64,000 nt of DNA. Origin: a virus. Each line of letters starts with the position of its first letter. Positions within the stretch are counted from its first letter, which is position 1. Location of the stretch: positions 1,007 to 65,006 of IMG/VR virus record IMGVR_UViG_3300022177_000070. One strand, given 5' to 3'. The notes beneath the pieces are model-generated. The model was given only the letters and a program-made list of their open reading frames with translations, had not been told where the DNA came from and made no database searches. The position numbers and the translations under genes were made by a program. Below, piece by piece: positions 54,430 through 64,000 of this stretch.

Positions 54430-55626
54430 ATGAGTGACATCTACGATCTTGATTCCGACTTTCCCGAGATGCCCTATTATGGCGAGGGTCAGGGAGATCG
54501 GGGCGACGTTGACGATGGCTCCGACCCTCTGGGATTAAGCGATGCCGAATCCATCTTGGAAGAGTGGGAGCGCGAAGAGGCGGAGCAATGGTGGGCCGAA
54601 AATGTAGGCCAAAGCGTTGCTCCCCCCGACGCTACTCGGCGGGTAATGGACGGCAGAGAGGTAGCCCCTCTGGGGGACCGCGGCAGCACCGTTCTGCAAC
54701 GTATTGAGGATAGCCTGGATATGACCTGGTGGCTTTTCGACTCCGAGCCGGGCATGGATGACATTTACGACCGGGCCGGAGATTCCCTGGAGACCCTGAC
54801 TGACCAGATGGGCTACCAGATTTTCCAGACCAACGACGGCAACCCCCGACTTTTTCAATGTCGCTTTGAGTTCTTGCGAGAAGGCGGGACTTTCAAGTAC
54901 GACGGCAAGGATTCCTCCTTTTCCGGAGATGTCAAGGTTTACCTGGACTTCCTGACCGGCTTTCCCATCGACTGCATCGAGATCATGTTTATGGTGGCGC
55001 AGTACTCTTCTCTCTACACCCACGAGCAGATTACCAAGATGGACTACGGCAATGGTGCAACCCCGCCGGTTCCCGCCAGCTTCTTTGAGGGGTATGATCC
55101 AGACCGGATCATGGTGAATATCACCGCCATTGACCGGGAGATGTCCGGGGGCCAGTACTATGGGGTCCACTTGGTCAAGGGCTTGTCGGGAGCGCCGGAG
55201 CCGGAAAATATCAAGTGGTTTGCCCGGACCAACCTGGCGGCAGATGAGAAGTGGCCCATCCCTGGCGAGTTTGTGGCCCTTGGGGTTCGCATCATGCCGA
55301 CCGACATTGGCGGCAATCAACAGACCTCTCCGTTCCTCTATGCGGGCAACTGGATCGACTCAGTTTACTATACCAGTGGAGAAATTGAAGAAGTTGACGA
55401 TTCCGGGGAAACCCCCATATATACAGTTAAGTGGAGAAATCAACGGATTAAGATTCCTTCTACCGACTACGCCAAGTATTCCGTGGGGGATCGGGTCACG
55501 ATTTTGAAGGACGTGGAGACCAGAAAACTTTCGCAGACCTGGGAAGATGCTGACAGCCTTGATCCACAGCCGGGGGTTTGGAGCATCGCCCCCATCATGT
55601 TTTACGGCATTGAGTACGGCGAATAG
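54430..55626 (+). CDS. Hypothetical virion protein
   Basis: 398 aa, acidic; C-terminal DYAKYSVGDRVTILK is OB-fold-like. Confidence 0.6.
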   Translation: MSDIYDLDSDFPEMPYYGEGQGDRGDVDDGSDPLGLSDAESILEEWEREEAEQWWAENVGQSVAPPDATRRVMDGREVAPLGDRGSTVLQRIEDSLDMTWWLFDSEPGMDDIYDRAGDSLETLTDQMGYQIFQTNDGNPRLFQCRFEFLREGGTFKYDGKDSSFSGDVKVYLDFLTGFPIDCIEIMFMVAQYSSLYTHEQITKMDYGNGATPPVPASFFEGYDPDRIMVNITAIDREMSGGQYYGVHLVKGLSGAPEPENIKWFARTNLAADEKWPIPGEFVALGVRIMPTDIGGNQQTSPFLYAGNWIDSVYYTSGEIEEVDDSGETPIYTVKWRNQRIKIPSTDYAKYSVGDRVTILKDVETRKLSQTWEDADSLDPQPGVWSIAPIMFYGIEYGE

Positions 55627-55635
55627 GAGCTTCGC

Positions 55636-57531
55636 ATGGCCAAGAACAAGCTGGACCTCAAGGACCTCTCGAAAGATCAGAAGTTTCGCCTGGCTATGGA
55701 GGAAAAAAAGACGGGCGAGCGATTGAGGTTGGAAGCCATAAAGGAACAGGCTCGCCTGACCAGAGACGCCGCCAAGGACGAGATGACCACCCGCCGGACA
55801 ATGGACATCGCTACCATGCGGCAAGAAAGCGCCGACCGGCGAACTCAGGAGCAGTACACTGAACCGAGACTCCAGGCGTTCCGGGCGCAAGATGAGAAGC
55901 GGAAAGACGCCGACTTCAAGGAAGAAGTTGCCAGGGTGTACGGCAGCGGCAAGGAGGGTCAGGAGGCTTATGAAAGGCTGCGCGACATGGCGCAGGCGGC
56001 TCCGGCGTCGGCTTCCCGAGAACTGGAGAAGGAGGCCGAACTCAATAAGATGCGGCAGAATTGGGCCAAAACTTCCGACCTCTATCAGCGCCAACTGGAA
56101 TCTCGTCTGGGCCGCCCCTTGACCAGTGCAGAGGTGGGGCAGTTGGCCACTCCCTCCAATGAAACCATCTTGGCTGCCAACCGGGCCATCAGGACCCAGG
56201 AGTTTCAGAACTACAACATTGTTGATAGCGGCGAGCGCCTTCAGAGGGCTGACCGTGCCCGGCAGAATTACGAGGGTAACTTGTCAGCCCGGATGCACCT
56301 ATTGGAGAAGAACGCTACCGGCGGGGGGATCGTCAAGATCGGTGGCGACAAGGATGCCGCCAAAATGACCCAGGCGGGCTACCGGCAGGTTCAGTCCGGT
56401 CCCGAGAGGGGTTCTTTTGTGAAGTATGTGGACGCCGGAGACGGCTATGTGGTGCGCCACATGTACCGGCCCTCCGAGACCAAGCCCGGAACTTACCTCC
56501 TGGCCACAAAGACCGATTGGGGGACCGACGCCCAACTGAAGCAGAAGCAGTTTGATACCGCCATGTGGGCCGATCAGCAAAAGACCAAGGGCGTGGCCAA
56601 TGACAAGATCGCCGCCGGGATGGCGGAGCGCAACCACCAAGCATTTGTGGATATTGCCAAGAAGCTCATGCCCCGGCTGGACCCTGGAGTCTTTGACGCC
56701 GTAAAGGACGTTTCCGTCAAGGACCCCGGCAAGGCCCTGACCGCCCTCCAGGGCAAGGTTGACAAGATGGACGTGCCCTATGATCCCAAGCATGTCGCCC
56801 TGGCCCTTCAGGATATGCAGCAGCGGGGTATGCAAATCACCCCTCAAGTTGTTGACGAAATGTATAGCGGGACCCCGGAGGCCAAGGAAAAGGTGGCGAC
56901 TTTTGCCCGCCAGTACTACGCCGGGACGGCACCGCCGATGGCCCCGGAAAGTTCTCCCCACTATCGACCAGAACTTGCTGAAAGGATGGCCGGGAGAAAA
57001 CAGGACCAGAGCGTGTACGCCAAGGGGGATGAACTGGCCCAGGCCGGTGAGATTCAGAAGAGTCTCAATGAGGCGTTTGCCGGGGCCAAACCCCCTGACC
57101 TGGCCCCCAATCTGGCTGCCGCCAAGCCGGACACGGTGCAGTCGGTGAGCGGAACCTTGGGAAGTCCGGGGCCGACGGCGCGGGGAATCTTGGGGCAGCC
57201 GGGTCCCACGGCCACCGGCGTCTTGGGTGAGTCGGGACCGACCGCCACCGGAACGCTGGGCAGTCCTGGCCCCACGGCAAGCGGCGTCCTGGGGGAACCA
57301 GGGCCAACGGCAACCGGGGTTTTGGGCGACCTGGCCCCCAACAAGATGAGTTCTCCGGGTTCTGCGGTCAGCGGCACTCTGGGGCCGAAACTGGAAGCCC
57401 CCGAAGCCAAGGAGCCGCAGGCCGGTAGCTTCAACAACCTTAGAGACCTGGCCGCGGATTTGGGCAAGAACTTGACCAGCTATGCCGCCGGAGCCAAGTT
57501 TGTCGAGTCGCATCGCAACGAACCGATCTAA
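55636..57531 (+). CDS. Putative DNA-ejection/internal virion protein
   Basis: 631 aa helical protein with C-terminal 11-aa Gly/Pro repeats; precedes the giant gene. Confidence 0.6.
   Translation: MAKNKLDLKDLSKDQKFRLAMEEKKTGERLRLEAIKEQARLTRDAAKDEMTTRRTMDIATMRQESADRRTQEQYTEPRLQAFRAQDEKRKDADFKEEVARVYGSGKEGQEAYERLRDMAQAAPASASRELEKEAELNKMRQNWAKTSDLYQRQLESRLGRPLTSAEVGQLATPSNETILAANRAIRTQEFQNYNIVDSGERLQRADRARQNYEGNLSARMHLLEKNATGGGIVKIGGDKDAAKMTQAGYRQVQSGPERGSFVKYVDAGDGYVVRHMYRPSETKPGTYLLATKTDWGTDAQLKQKQFDTAMWADQQKTKGVANDKIAAGMAERNHQAFVDIAKKLMPRLDPGVFDAVKDVSVKDPGKALTALQGKVDKMDVPYDPKHVALALQDMQQRGMQITPQVVDEMYSGTPEAKEKVATFARQYYAGTAPPMAPESSPHYRPELAERMAGRKQDQSVYAKGDELAQAGEIQKSLNEAFAGAKPPDLAPNLAAAKPDTVQSVSGTLGSPGPTARGILGQPGPTATGVLGESGPTATGTLGSPGPTASGVLGEPGPTATGVLGDLAPNKMSSPGSAVSGTLGPKLEAPEAKEPQAGSFNNLRDLAADLGKNLTSYAAGAKFVESHRNEPI
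57151..57327 (+). repeat. 33-bp / 11-aa coding repeat GxLGxPGPTA[RTS], 5+ units
   Basis: GTLGSPGPTAR GILGQPGPTAT GVLGESGPTAT GTLGSPGPTAS GVLGEPGPTAT GVLG. Confidence 0.85.
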
Positions 57532-57540
57532 GGGGAAAAA

Positions 57541-60500
57541 ATGGCTTACCCTTTTGACGACGAGCCAAAAAAAGACAACCTGGCCCTGGCCGACATCTCG
57601 ATGTTCAAGTCGGAGCCGCTGTCCCAGCCCGAAGCCGAACCCCCCAAGCCTGCCCTGGCCGACCTCAACATGGTGTCCAAAGAGGCCCCGCCGGTGGAGA
57701 AGAAGCCCACCGCCTTTGACTTGGGGGTGACGTTCAACCCGGCCGCGGCCACGGCTCCGGTGCCCAAAGAATTTGAGACCCGCATGGACCTGGCCCGGAT
57801 CAAGGAGTTCCGGCAGGATCAACAGTCTCAAGAGGCTCCTGACCGGGGACCTCTGGGCGAACTGGCCGCCAGCCTGGGCCGGGGCGCTGCCAACATCTTG
57901 GTGGAATCTCCCCTGGTGTTGGGCCAGTGGGGAGCCAAGGCATTGGGGGCCGAAGAGACCGCCAAGTCCCTGGACCCCTACATTGAATCGGTGAAGGCCA
58001 TCCAGGAAACCCAAGCCCTGCGTCCCGGCAAGAAGGCTGAGGCCGGGCCGGAAGTTGAGCTTGACAAGACTTTCAGTGACCCGCGGGCCGTTCTGGGGCA
58101 AATCAAGGAGAACGTCTCCAATCCCTATTTCTGGCTCTCCAAGGTACCGGAGGCGGGAATGTCCTGGCTGCCCATCATTGGCGCTACCAAGTGGGTGCGC
58201 TGGGTGGGGCAGGCGGAAAAACTGGTTGCCGGAATGGAGGCCGCCCAGGCGGTTGGCGCTACTGCGAAGGCGGCGGAGTTCGCCAGCAAGTTGGCCAGGG
58301 TCAGCAAGTTGGCGGAGACGGCGGGCTACGCCACCGGCATGGCAATGGAAGCCGCCGACCAGGCCGGACGCCTGCGGGATTGGGAACAGAAGACTGGCAA
58401 GCGGGTGGATTGGGCCACACAGGTTGGCACCGTCCTGGGGGCCGGGGCGCTGGCCGGGGCCTTGGAAAAGGTTGGTCTCGACAAAGTGACCAAGCTGTTC
58501 GAGGGCAAGCGCGGTGCGGCGACCGTGATGAAGATACTGGACACGGTGGCCTGGGAAGGTGCAACCGAAGGCGCACAAGAGGTCATCCAAAACGCCGCCG
58601 AGAAGTACGGCTACAACTTGGACAAGAAGTTGACCGAAGGCGTCGTCGAGGCCGTCCTGATTGGAGCCGCCCTTGGCGGGGCAGGCGGAACTATGGCCAA
58701 GGCGAAATCGACGTGGAATCAGTTGTTGAGTGGGGCAAAATCTGAACAGGGCGACGTTACGGCGGCCCCCGTCACCACGACTCACACCGATAACTTGCAA
58801 CCCACCGCGGAGGCCGGGGCCGACATCACCGCTCCGGCGACTCAGGCAACTCCCGTCGAGAAGACCTCCGGCGAGAACGCTCCCCTCTCTTCCACCAGTG
58901 AGGGCCTGGACAACTTCATTAATGCCCCGGTGCCCGAGCAGCCCGGCGGCCCGCCTCCCCCGGTGGAGACCGGGACCGCTCCGTCTCCCCCTCCTGCTCC
59001 AGCACAAGATTTGGACCCCGATAAGTTTGCCCGCGAGTGGCTGACCAAACAGCCCGGCGGCCCGGCGTCGATGACTTCCTTGATTCTCGAGTACGCGGAA
59101 GCCAAGGGTCTCGCCAATCTGGATGCGTCTCACGAGATTCTGCCGATTCTTGAGGCGATGGAAAAGACCGGCGAGTTGAACCTGAAAGACGTTGCCAGGG
59201 AAGATGGAGAGTGGGGCGACACCATGCTCACCTTCACGCCTCTGGGTTCGGTCGCGACTACCGAAAAGGGCGAGGCCGCAGAGGCCCCCAAGCGGGAGCC
59301 GGTGTCGGTGGGCAAGACCGCAGAGGTGGTCACGTCTCAGGGGACCAAGGCCGACACGCAATATCAGGTCTATGACATCAAAGACCTTATCGCCTCTCAC
59401 GACAGCGGGTTGTTGGTAAATCCCGACTACCTCAAGGAGTTGCAACCCCGAGACCGGAAGCGGGCTGAAACCGAACTTCTGGTGGGTCGCATTGCCAGCG
59501 CCCCCGATCCCGAGCAGTTGGCCGAAAACCGCATGGCCTCCGATGGCGCTCCCATTGTCGGCTCCGACATGATGGTGGAGGCGGGCAATGGCCGGGTGAT
59601 TGGCATGAAGCGGGCCTACGAGCGGGGCACGGCCCAGGCGTACAAGCAATGGCTTGTTGATAACGCCGACAGGTTTGGCCTGGACCCCAAAGCTATTGCT
59701 GCTGTAGAGCAACCACTGATGGTTCGGATGCGGACCACTGAGGTTGACCGGCCCAAGTTTGCCCGAGAGAGCAACATGGCCTCCGTGACTGCCATGAGTC
59801 CGGCGGAGCGGGCCAAGTCCGACGCCCAGGCCCTCATGGACAACAAGTTGCTGGACTTCTTTCATACCGACGACGACAACCGGATCGACACCAAGGATAA
59901 CAAGAGCTTTGTCCGGGCCTTCCTGGGGCGCGTTGTCGGCAAAGCCGAACTCAACTCCCTGTTGGACTCCAGGGGCGACATCAGCAAGGCGGGCCTGGAT
60001 CGGATTCGTGCAGCCGTCTTGTCGGCGGCCTACGGCGAAACCGGAGTCATCGAAAAGCTTCTGGAGGACACCAACGACCAGACCAAGAATATCTCCCACG
60101 CCCTGATGAAGACGGCTCCGCATGTGGCCAAGATCAGGTATCAAATCCAAAAGGGCGAACTGCATGACCGGAGCATGGACAACGAGTTGGCAGAGGCCAT
60201 GCGGATTCTCCAGAAAACCAGGGAAGCCAAGGGCAACCTGGCCGACTCCATCCGGCACATTGAGTTCATGGATGAGGTCGATCCTCTGGTCAAGGAGTTG
60301 CTGAACGTCTTTCAGGCGCACGGCAGGGCCAGGAACCGGATTGCCGCGGTCATCACCAATTACTACAACATCGTCGGGGCATTGGGGAATCCGAAGCAGG
60401 GCGAGATTTTTGGCCCGGCAGAAATCATCGGCAAGCCCGAGATTCTGGTTAAGGCCATTGAGATGATGGAGGCTGAGTATGCCCAAGAAACAGAACAAGT

Positions 60501-63500
60501 ACCAGGTGAGGTTCCTGAAGCCGAATCCCGAGGGGATGAAGCTGCTGGACAAGATATTGGCAGAAAGCCAGAAGAAAAAGCAGGAGCAGAACAAGGGGAA
60601 AGTGGTACTCTCCGAGAAAGACGTGCCGAATACCAAGCATTAAAACCCTCCAGTGCTACCCCAACTCCTACATCCGAGAATTTAATAGCCGAGCCAACAA
60701 AACCTCTGGGCAGCAAACCCGTCCCTCTCAGAAAAAGCAATACCATAAAGGATTACCTGGAAGCCACCGATGAGGCCGGAGTCGCATTTGAAAGCGAGAA
60801 GGCTGAGGTTCGGGCTATTGAGAAGGCTGCTCGTGAGGTCGAAGCCGCCAACCAGGGCGGCAAGTCTAACGTCCAAGAGAGCATCGAGGCGTGGCGCTCT
60901 GAGGTGGCCAAGGTCTATCACCAACAGAAGTACGTCAATCTGACCGGATATCAAATCAAGGGGCCGGAAGACCTGGCCGACTTGATGCAGATATACCGGA
61001 CCCCCAAGAAAGAAATCCTGCACGTCGTTTACGCCGACGCCGACAGAAACATCCTGGCCCACAACGCCATGACTTCCGGGGCACTCTCCTTTGTCTCCGT
61101 GGGGGACATGACCAAGTTCATGCACCGGGTCCAAAAGACGGCCAATAAGTTGGGGGCCGCCAAGGTCCACGTCATGCACAACCATCCCTCCGGCGACCCC
61201 AGCATGTCCCTTTATGACAAGAAGTTTGCCAATACCCTCAAGAACGGTTCCCAGCTTCGCACCAAGATCACCGGGCTGGGAGACCTGATGGGCGACTTCC
61301 TGGTCATTGACCACGGCACCTTTACCCACTTCAACTACGAGACCGGGAAAGAGGCGCAGGGGTCCTACCAGGTGCGCCGGGCTGACGGCTCCAAGGCTGA
61401 CAACTGGATGGACGAGCGCATGACCGCGGATGCCAAGACCCTGGCCATGATGACCCAACACCTAAACCTGAGCGCCGACCAGGTGGCCCTGGTTTACCTG
61501 GACCTGAACAATAACATCAACGGCTGGTCGGTCCATCGGGCCAACATCATGGAGAAGAGTCAGGACAGTTTGTTCAATGTCTTGTCCCAACAGGCCAAGG
61601 CCCACGACACCTCCAGAGTGGGGATTCTGTTCGGCAGCCGGAGTGATTTTGCCAGGTTTGACGGTAGGTCTCTGCGCGAGAGATGGGCTCTGGGTGATTG
61701 GGTTTATGACGCCATCTCGCCGGACCGCGAAAGCTTGCGGCAACGAAACCCGATTATTTTTGGACCGTCGGTGAAGACGAAGAAGCCTGTCAAAACTGCC
61801 GCGGCGGTATTTGCCCCGGAACCTAAGGCTGAGTTCGGGTCGAACCGGGATGACATTGACGCCTATAAAGATGACAAGGTGGCCGACACCCGCAGCCCCA
61901 AGACTACCGGGGCCAAGCGGGCGAAGGAATGGATCGTCAAGCAGTTCAACGCCTTTTACGAGAAGTGGATTGACGCCTTCGTGGCCATCGAAGACCTGAG
62001 CGATTGGGTCGAATTGCAGGCCAAGCAGGACCAGAACACCCGGATTCCGGGGCGGCATGTAGCCCTTCCGACTGGCCAGATTCCCAAGTACTCCCTGGAC
62101 GCGGTGCGAGGCAAGGCCGCCGGGTGGGTCGATCAGGCCATCAAGGGCGAGGGCGTTTTTTGGGACGACATGGTTGAGGGGGTGGAAACCCTGAAGGTGC
62201 AGGAGCTTGCTTTACAAGCCCGGCAAGAGTTTATCGACAAGGGCAAGGTGAGCGCCGACACCAAGGAGAAGCTGGACAAAGAGCTTGCCAGAAAGTTCTT
62301 TTCCGGCGGCCCGCCGGTCAAGGTGGGCGACAGCCTGGTAAAGACCCTGGAGCCACTGAATGAACTGGCCAAGCGGCGCGAGTTTGGGCGGGACCAGGTT
62401 TACTCTGACCTCTTCGATGCCCTGATGGTCGCCGAGCGTGACATCGAACTGGCCGCCCGCGGGAACATTAAGGGAGTGGATGAGGCCCGGAGCCGCCAGG
62501 TCATTGACGCTCTCAAGGCCGAGTACGGGGCCGACTATAAAGTGCTTGAGGATACCGCCGGGGCCGTGCGGGACTGGATTGACATGGCTATCCTGCAACC
62601 CCTGGTCCGGGTGGGCCGCCTGAGCCAGCAGACCTACGATCTTATCAAGGCCAGCAACCAGTTTTATGTGCCCTACTTCCGGCTCATCGAAGAGATGTCC
62701 GAGCGCGAACACGTCCCCTCCACGGTCAACATCATGGAGGTCCGCAACATCCCGGTCAAGGAAATCAAGGGGTCCGAGAAGCAAATCCTGCCGCCCCTGG
62801 ACATGATTCTCTACCTGACCTACAACGTGGCCAATATCTACGCCAGGGCCAAGACGGCCAAGACCCTCATGGACCTGCCGCTCTTCATGGATGAAACCGG
62901 GATCACCATTGAGGCCCCGAAGTTTCATCCCCAAGAAGTTCAGCTACGGCAGGCCGTTGACAAGCAGTTGCGGGAAGGGCTGACCAAGGTGGCCAACAGC
63001 CTGGGGGTGACGGTGGATTACACTACCCGTCACCGGAAGCTGGGCCGCCGGACGCTGGGGGCCTACCTGAAGGCGACGGGGGCCAGCCAGAATACCACCG
63101 ACCAGATTATGATGCTTTTCGGCTCCACCGAAAAGACGCTTTCCCACGAGCTTGGCCATGTCGTTGATGACAAGTTCGACCTCCAGAGCTTGCTCCTGAA
63201 GGACCCTGTAACCCGGAAAGAGGTGCGCCTGGTTGCCGATCAGCGCGCCGGGGCGACACCCAATAAGGCGTATCACAAGTACGTGCGGAGCCGCCCGGAG
63301 CAAGTGGCGGAATTTGTCTGCCGCTACCTCACCGCCAAAGACCTCTGCCGGGCCGTGGCCCCCCAGGCGACCGCCAAGCTGGAGAAGCTGTTCGGTCTTG
63401 TCCCCGAACTTCAGCCGCTCCTGACCATGATGCCCGGATTCGAGACGGGAACCATGACCATCGAAGATCAGGTTTGGGTCCGGTCTCCCTTCCCGCCCAA

Positions 63501-64000
63501 AGAAAACTGCATGTTGGTTTACGACAACGGCTTGCCCAAATGGGTCAAGCTGCCGCCCGACGTGTACCGGGCCTGCATGGCCATGACGCCCGCCGAGGTG
63601 GATGCCGTGGTCAAGCTCCTGGCGGCCCCGGCTAACTGGCTCCGGGCCGGTGCGGTGCTGAACCCCGAGTTCTCCGCCCGCAACATTCCGAGAGACCTCA
63701 TGGTGGCCAAGCTGTTCTCCAAGCATGGCTTCAAGGTAGATCAATGGCTGGTAGATGCCTACAACCTGGCCACCGGCGACGAGGCGACGCGGAAGCTTTA
63801 CCACCAGTTCGCCGCCGGGTCCGGGGTGTTTGCCGATCAGCCCCACTCCATGCAAGATGTTGCCAAGATCACGGCGGATGACATTAAGGGCGTCAAGAAG
63901 CCCTATATCGTTTACGCCAACCCCATCAAGGCGTACCAGATCATCCTCCACTACCTCAGAGAAACATCGGGGGCCAGCGAAAACGTAACCCGGTTCAGCC
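57541..64000 (+). CDS. Large polyvalent virion protein (>2150 aa, partial): ddrB-like ParB, JAB/RadC, zincin-like and probable LPD38-proximal regions
   Basis: Read by hand in frame +1 with no stop found over most of its length (62-63.5 kb only sampled). Motifs: NPDYLKELQPRDR...VEAGNGRV (59.4-59.8 kb), HNHPSGDPSMSLYD (61177), SHELGH (63142), LNPEFSARNIPRD (63658). Missing from the track because there is no stop in the window. Confidence 0.82.
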   Translation, partial: MAYPFDDEPKKDNLALADISMFKSEPLSQPEAEPPKPALADLNMVSKEAPPVEKKPTAFDLGVTFNPAAATAPVPKEFETRMDLARIKEFRQDQQSQEAPDRGPLGELAASLGRGAANILVESPLVLGQWGAKALGAEETAKSLDPYIESVKAIQETQALRPGKKAEAGPEVELDKTFSDPRAVLGQIKENVSNPYFWLSKVPEAGMSWLPIIGATKWVRWVGQAEKLVAGMEAAQAVGATAKAAEFASKLARVSKLAETAGYATGMAMEAADQAGRLRDWEQKTGKRVDWATQVGTVLGAGALAGALEKVGLDKVTKLFEGKRGAATVMKILDTVAWEGATEGAQEVIQNAAEKYGYNLDKKLTEGVVEAVLIGAALGGAGGTMAKAKSTWNQLLSGAKSEQGDVTAAPVTTTHTDNLQPTAEAGADITAPATQATPVEKTSGENAPLSSTSEGLDNFINAPVPEQPGGPPPPVETGTAPSPPPAPAQDLDPDKFAREWLTKQPGGPASMTSLILEYAEAKGLANLDASHEILPILEAMEKTGELNLKDVAREDGEWGDTMLTFTPLGSVATTEKGEAAEAPKREPVSVGKTAEVVTSQGTKADTQYQVYDIKDLIASHDSGLLVNPDYLKELQPRDRKRAETELLVGRIASAPDPEQLAENRMASDGAPIVGSDMMVEAGNGRVIGMKRAYERGTAQAYKQWLVDNADRFGLDPKAIAAVEQPLMVRMRTTEVDRPKFARESNMASVTAMSPAERAKSDAQALMDNKLLDFFHTDDDNRIDTKDNKSFVRAFLGRVVGKAELNSLLDSRGDISKAGLDRIRAAVLSAAYGETGVIEKLLEDTNDQTKNISHALMKTAPHVAKIRYQIQKGELHDRSMDNELAEAMRILQKTREAKGNLADSIRHIEFMDEVDPLVKELLNVFQAHGRARNRIAAVITNYYNIVGALGNPKQGEIFGPAEIIGKPEILVKAIEMMEAEYAQETEQVPGEVPEAESRGDEAAGQDIGRKPEEKAGAEQGESGTLRERRAEYQALKPSSATPTPTSENLIAEPTKPLGSKPVPLRKSNTIKDYLEATDEAGVAFESEKAEVRAIEKAAREVEAANQGGKSNVQESIEAWRSEVAKVYHQQKYVNLTGYQIKGPEDLADLMQIYRTPKKEILHVVYADADRNILAHNAMTSGALSFVSVGDMTKFMHRVQKTANKLGAAKVHVMHNHPSGDPSMSLYDKKFANTLKNGSQLRTKITGLGDLMGDFLVIDHGTFTHFNYETGKEAQGSYQVRRADGSKADNWMDERMTADAKTLAMMTQHLNLSADQVALVYLDLNNNINGWSVHRANIMEKSQDSLFNVLSQQAKAHDTSRVGILFGSRSDFARFDGRSLRERWALGDWVYDAISPDRESLRQRNPIIFGPSVKTKKPVKTAAAVFAPEPKAEFGSNRDDIDAYKDDKVADTRSPKTTGAKRAKEWIVKQFNAFYEKWIDAFVAIEDLSDWVELQAKQDQNTRIPGRHVALPTGQIPKYSLDAVRGKAAGWVDQAIKGEGVFWDDMVEGVETLKVQELALQARQEFIDKGKVSADTKEKLDKELARKFFSGGPPVKVGDSLVKTLEPLNELAKRREFGRDQVYSDLFDALMVAERDIELAARGNIKGVDEARSRQVIDALKAEYGADYKVLEDTAGAVRDWIDMAILQPLVRVGRLSQQTYDLIKASNQFYVPYFRLIEEMSEREHVPSTVNIMEVRNIPVKEIKGSEKQILPPLDMILYLTYNVANIYARAKTAKTLMDLPLFMDETGITIEAPKFHPQEVQLRQAVDKQLREGLTKVANSLGVTVDYTTRHRKLGRRTLGAYLKATGASQNTTDQIMMLFGSTEKTLSHELGHVVDDKFDLQSLLLKDPVTRKEVRLVADQRAGATPNKAYHKYVRSRPEQVAEFVCRYLTAKDLCRAVAPQATAKLEKLFGLVPELQPLLTMMPGFETGTMTIEDQVWVRSPFPPKENCMLVYDNGLPKWVKLPPDVYRACMAMTPAEVDAVVKLLAAPANWLRAGAVLNPEFSARNIPRDLMVAKLFSKHGFKVDQWLVDAYNLATGDEATRKLYHQFAAGSGVFADQPHSMQDVAKITADDIKGVKKPYIVYANPIKAYQIILHYLRETSGASENVTRFS

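Noticed and set aside
31519-55320. Long minus-strand ORFs in the structural arm (e.g. 31519..32619, 33828..35147, 34963..35937, 42895..44346)
   Set aside because: GC-rich codon-bias shadows with no motifs or RBS; they overlap well-supported plus-strand genes.
56299-60636. 1445-aa minus-strand ORF
   Set aside because: Antisense shadow of the plus-strand ejection and polyvalent genes, which carry the recognisable motifs.
1-64000. tRNA, rRNA or attachment site
   Set aside because: No cloverleaf or rRNA-like sequence in the intergenic regions inspected; att would lie beyond the integrase, outside the window.

Overview
The whole window is one temperate (pro)phage genome segment with podovirus-like virion genes; neither genome end is in view. 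Layout: (1) 1-10.4 kb, leftward early arm: integrase N-terminus running off the left edge, excisionase-like HTH, a dNTP cluster (ThyX, MazG-like, dCMP deaminase, DUF5664-type diphosphohydrolase), RecT/YqaJ and a CI-like repressor. Inside this arm is a ~1.5 kb excerpt of a bacterial DISARM-like locus in which only the C5 methyltransferase is intact. (2) 10.5-14.3 kb, rightward: Cro-like, SSB, replication initiator, DnaB, HU, and a separately transcribed stand-alone copy of the repressor C-terminal domain. (3) 14.5-22.9 kb, leftward accessory operon: AAA+ ATPase / DUF3150-like / metallopeptidase-vWA triad, a mosaic of small genes including six diverged winged-helix-like paralogs with exact internal DNA duplications, and a short tyrosine recombinase. 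(4) 23-29.5 kb: RuvC-like resolvase, a 670-bp IS1595-derived mini-element with TIRs and an 8-bp TSD, a TerS-like gene, an N4/N6 methyltransferase and small genes. (5) 29.6-64 kb, rightward structural arm: TerL, portal, scaffold, capsid, adaptor/tail proteins with several paralog pairs, an S8 peptidase, a LamG protein, ejection-type proteins and a >2100-aa polyvalent protein running off the right edge. No rRNA, tRNA, CRISPR array or reverse transcriptase was seen. All family calls come from motif recognition by eye, not database searches.
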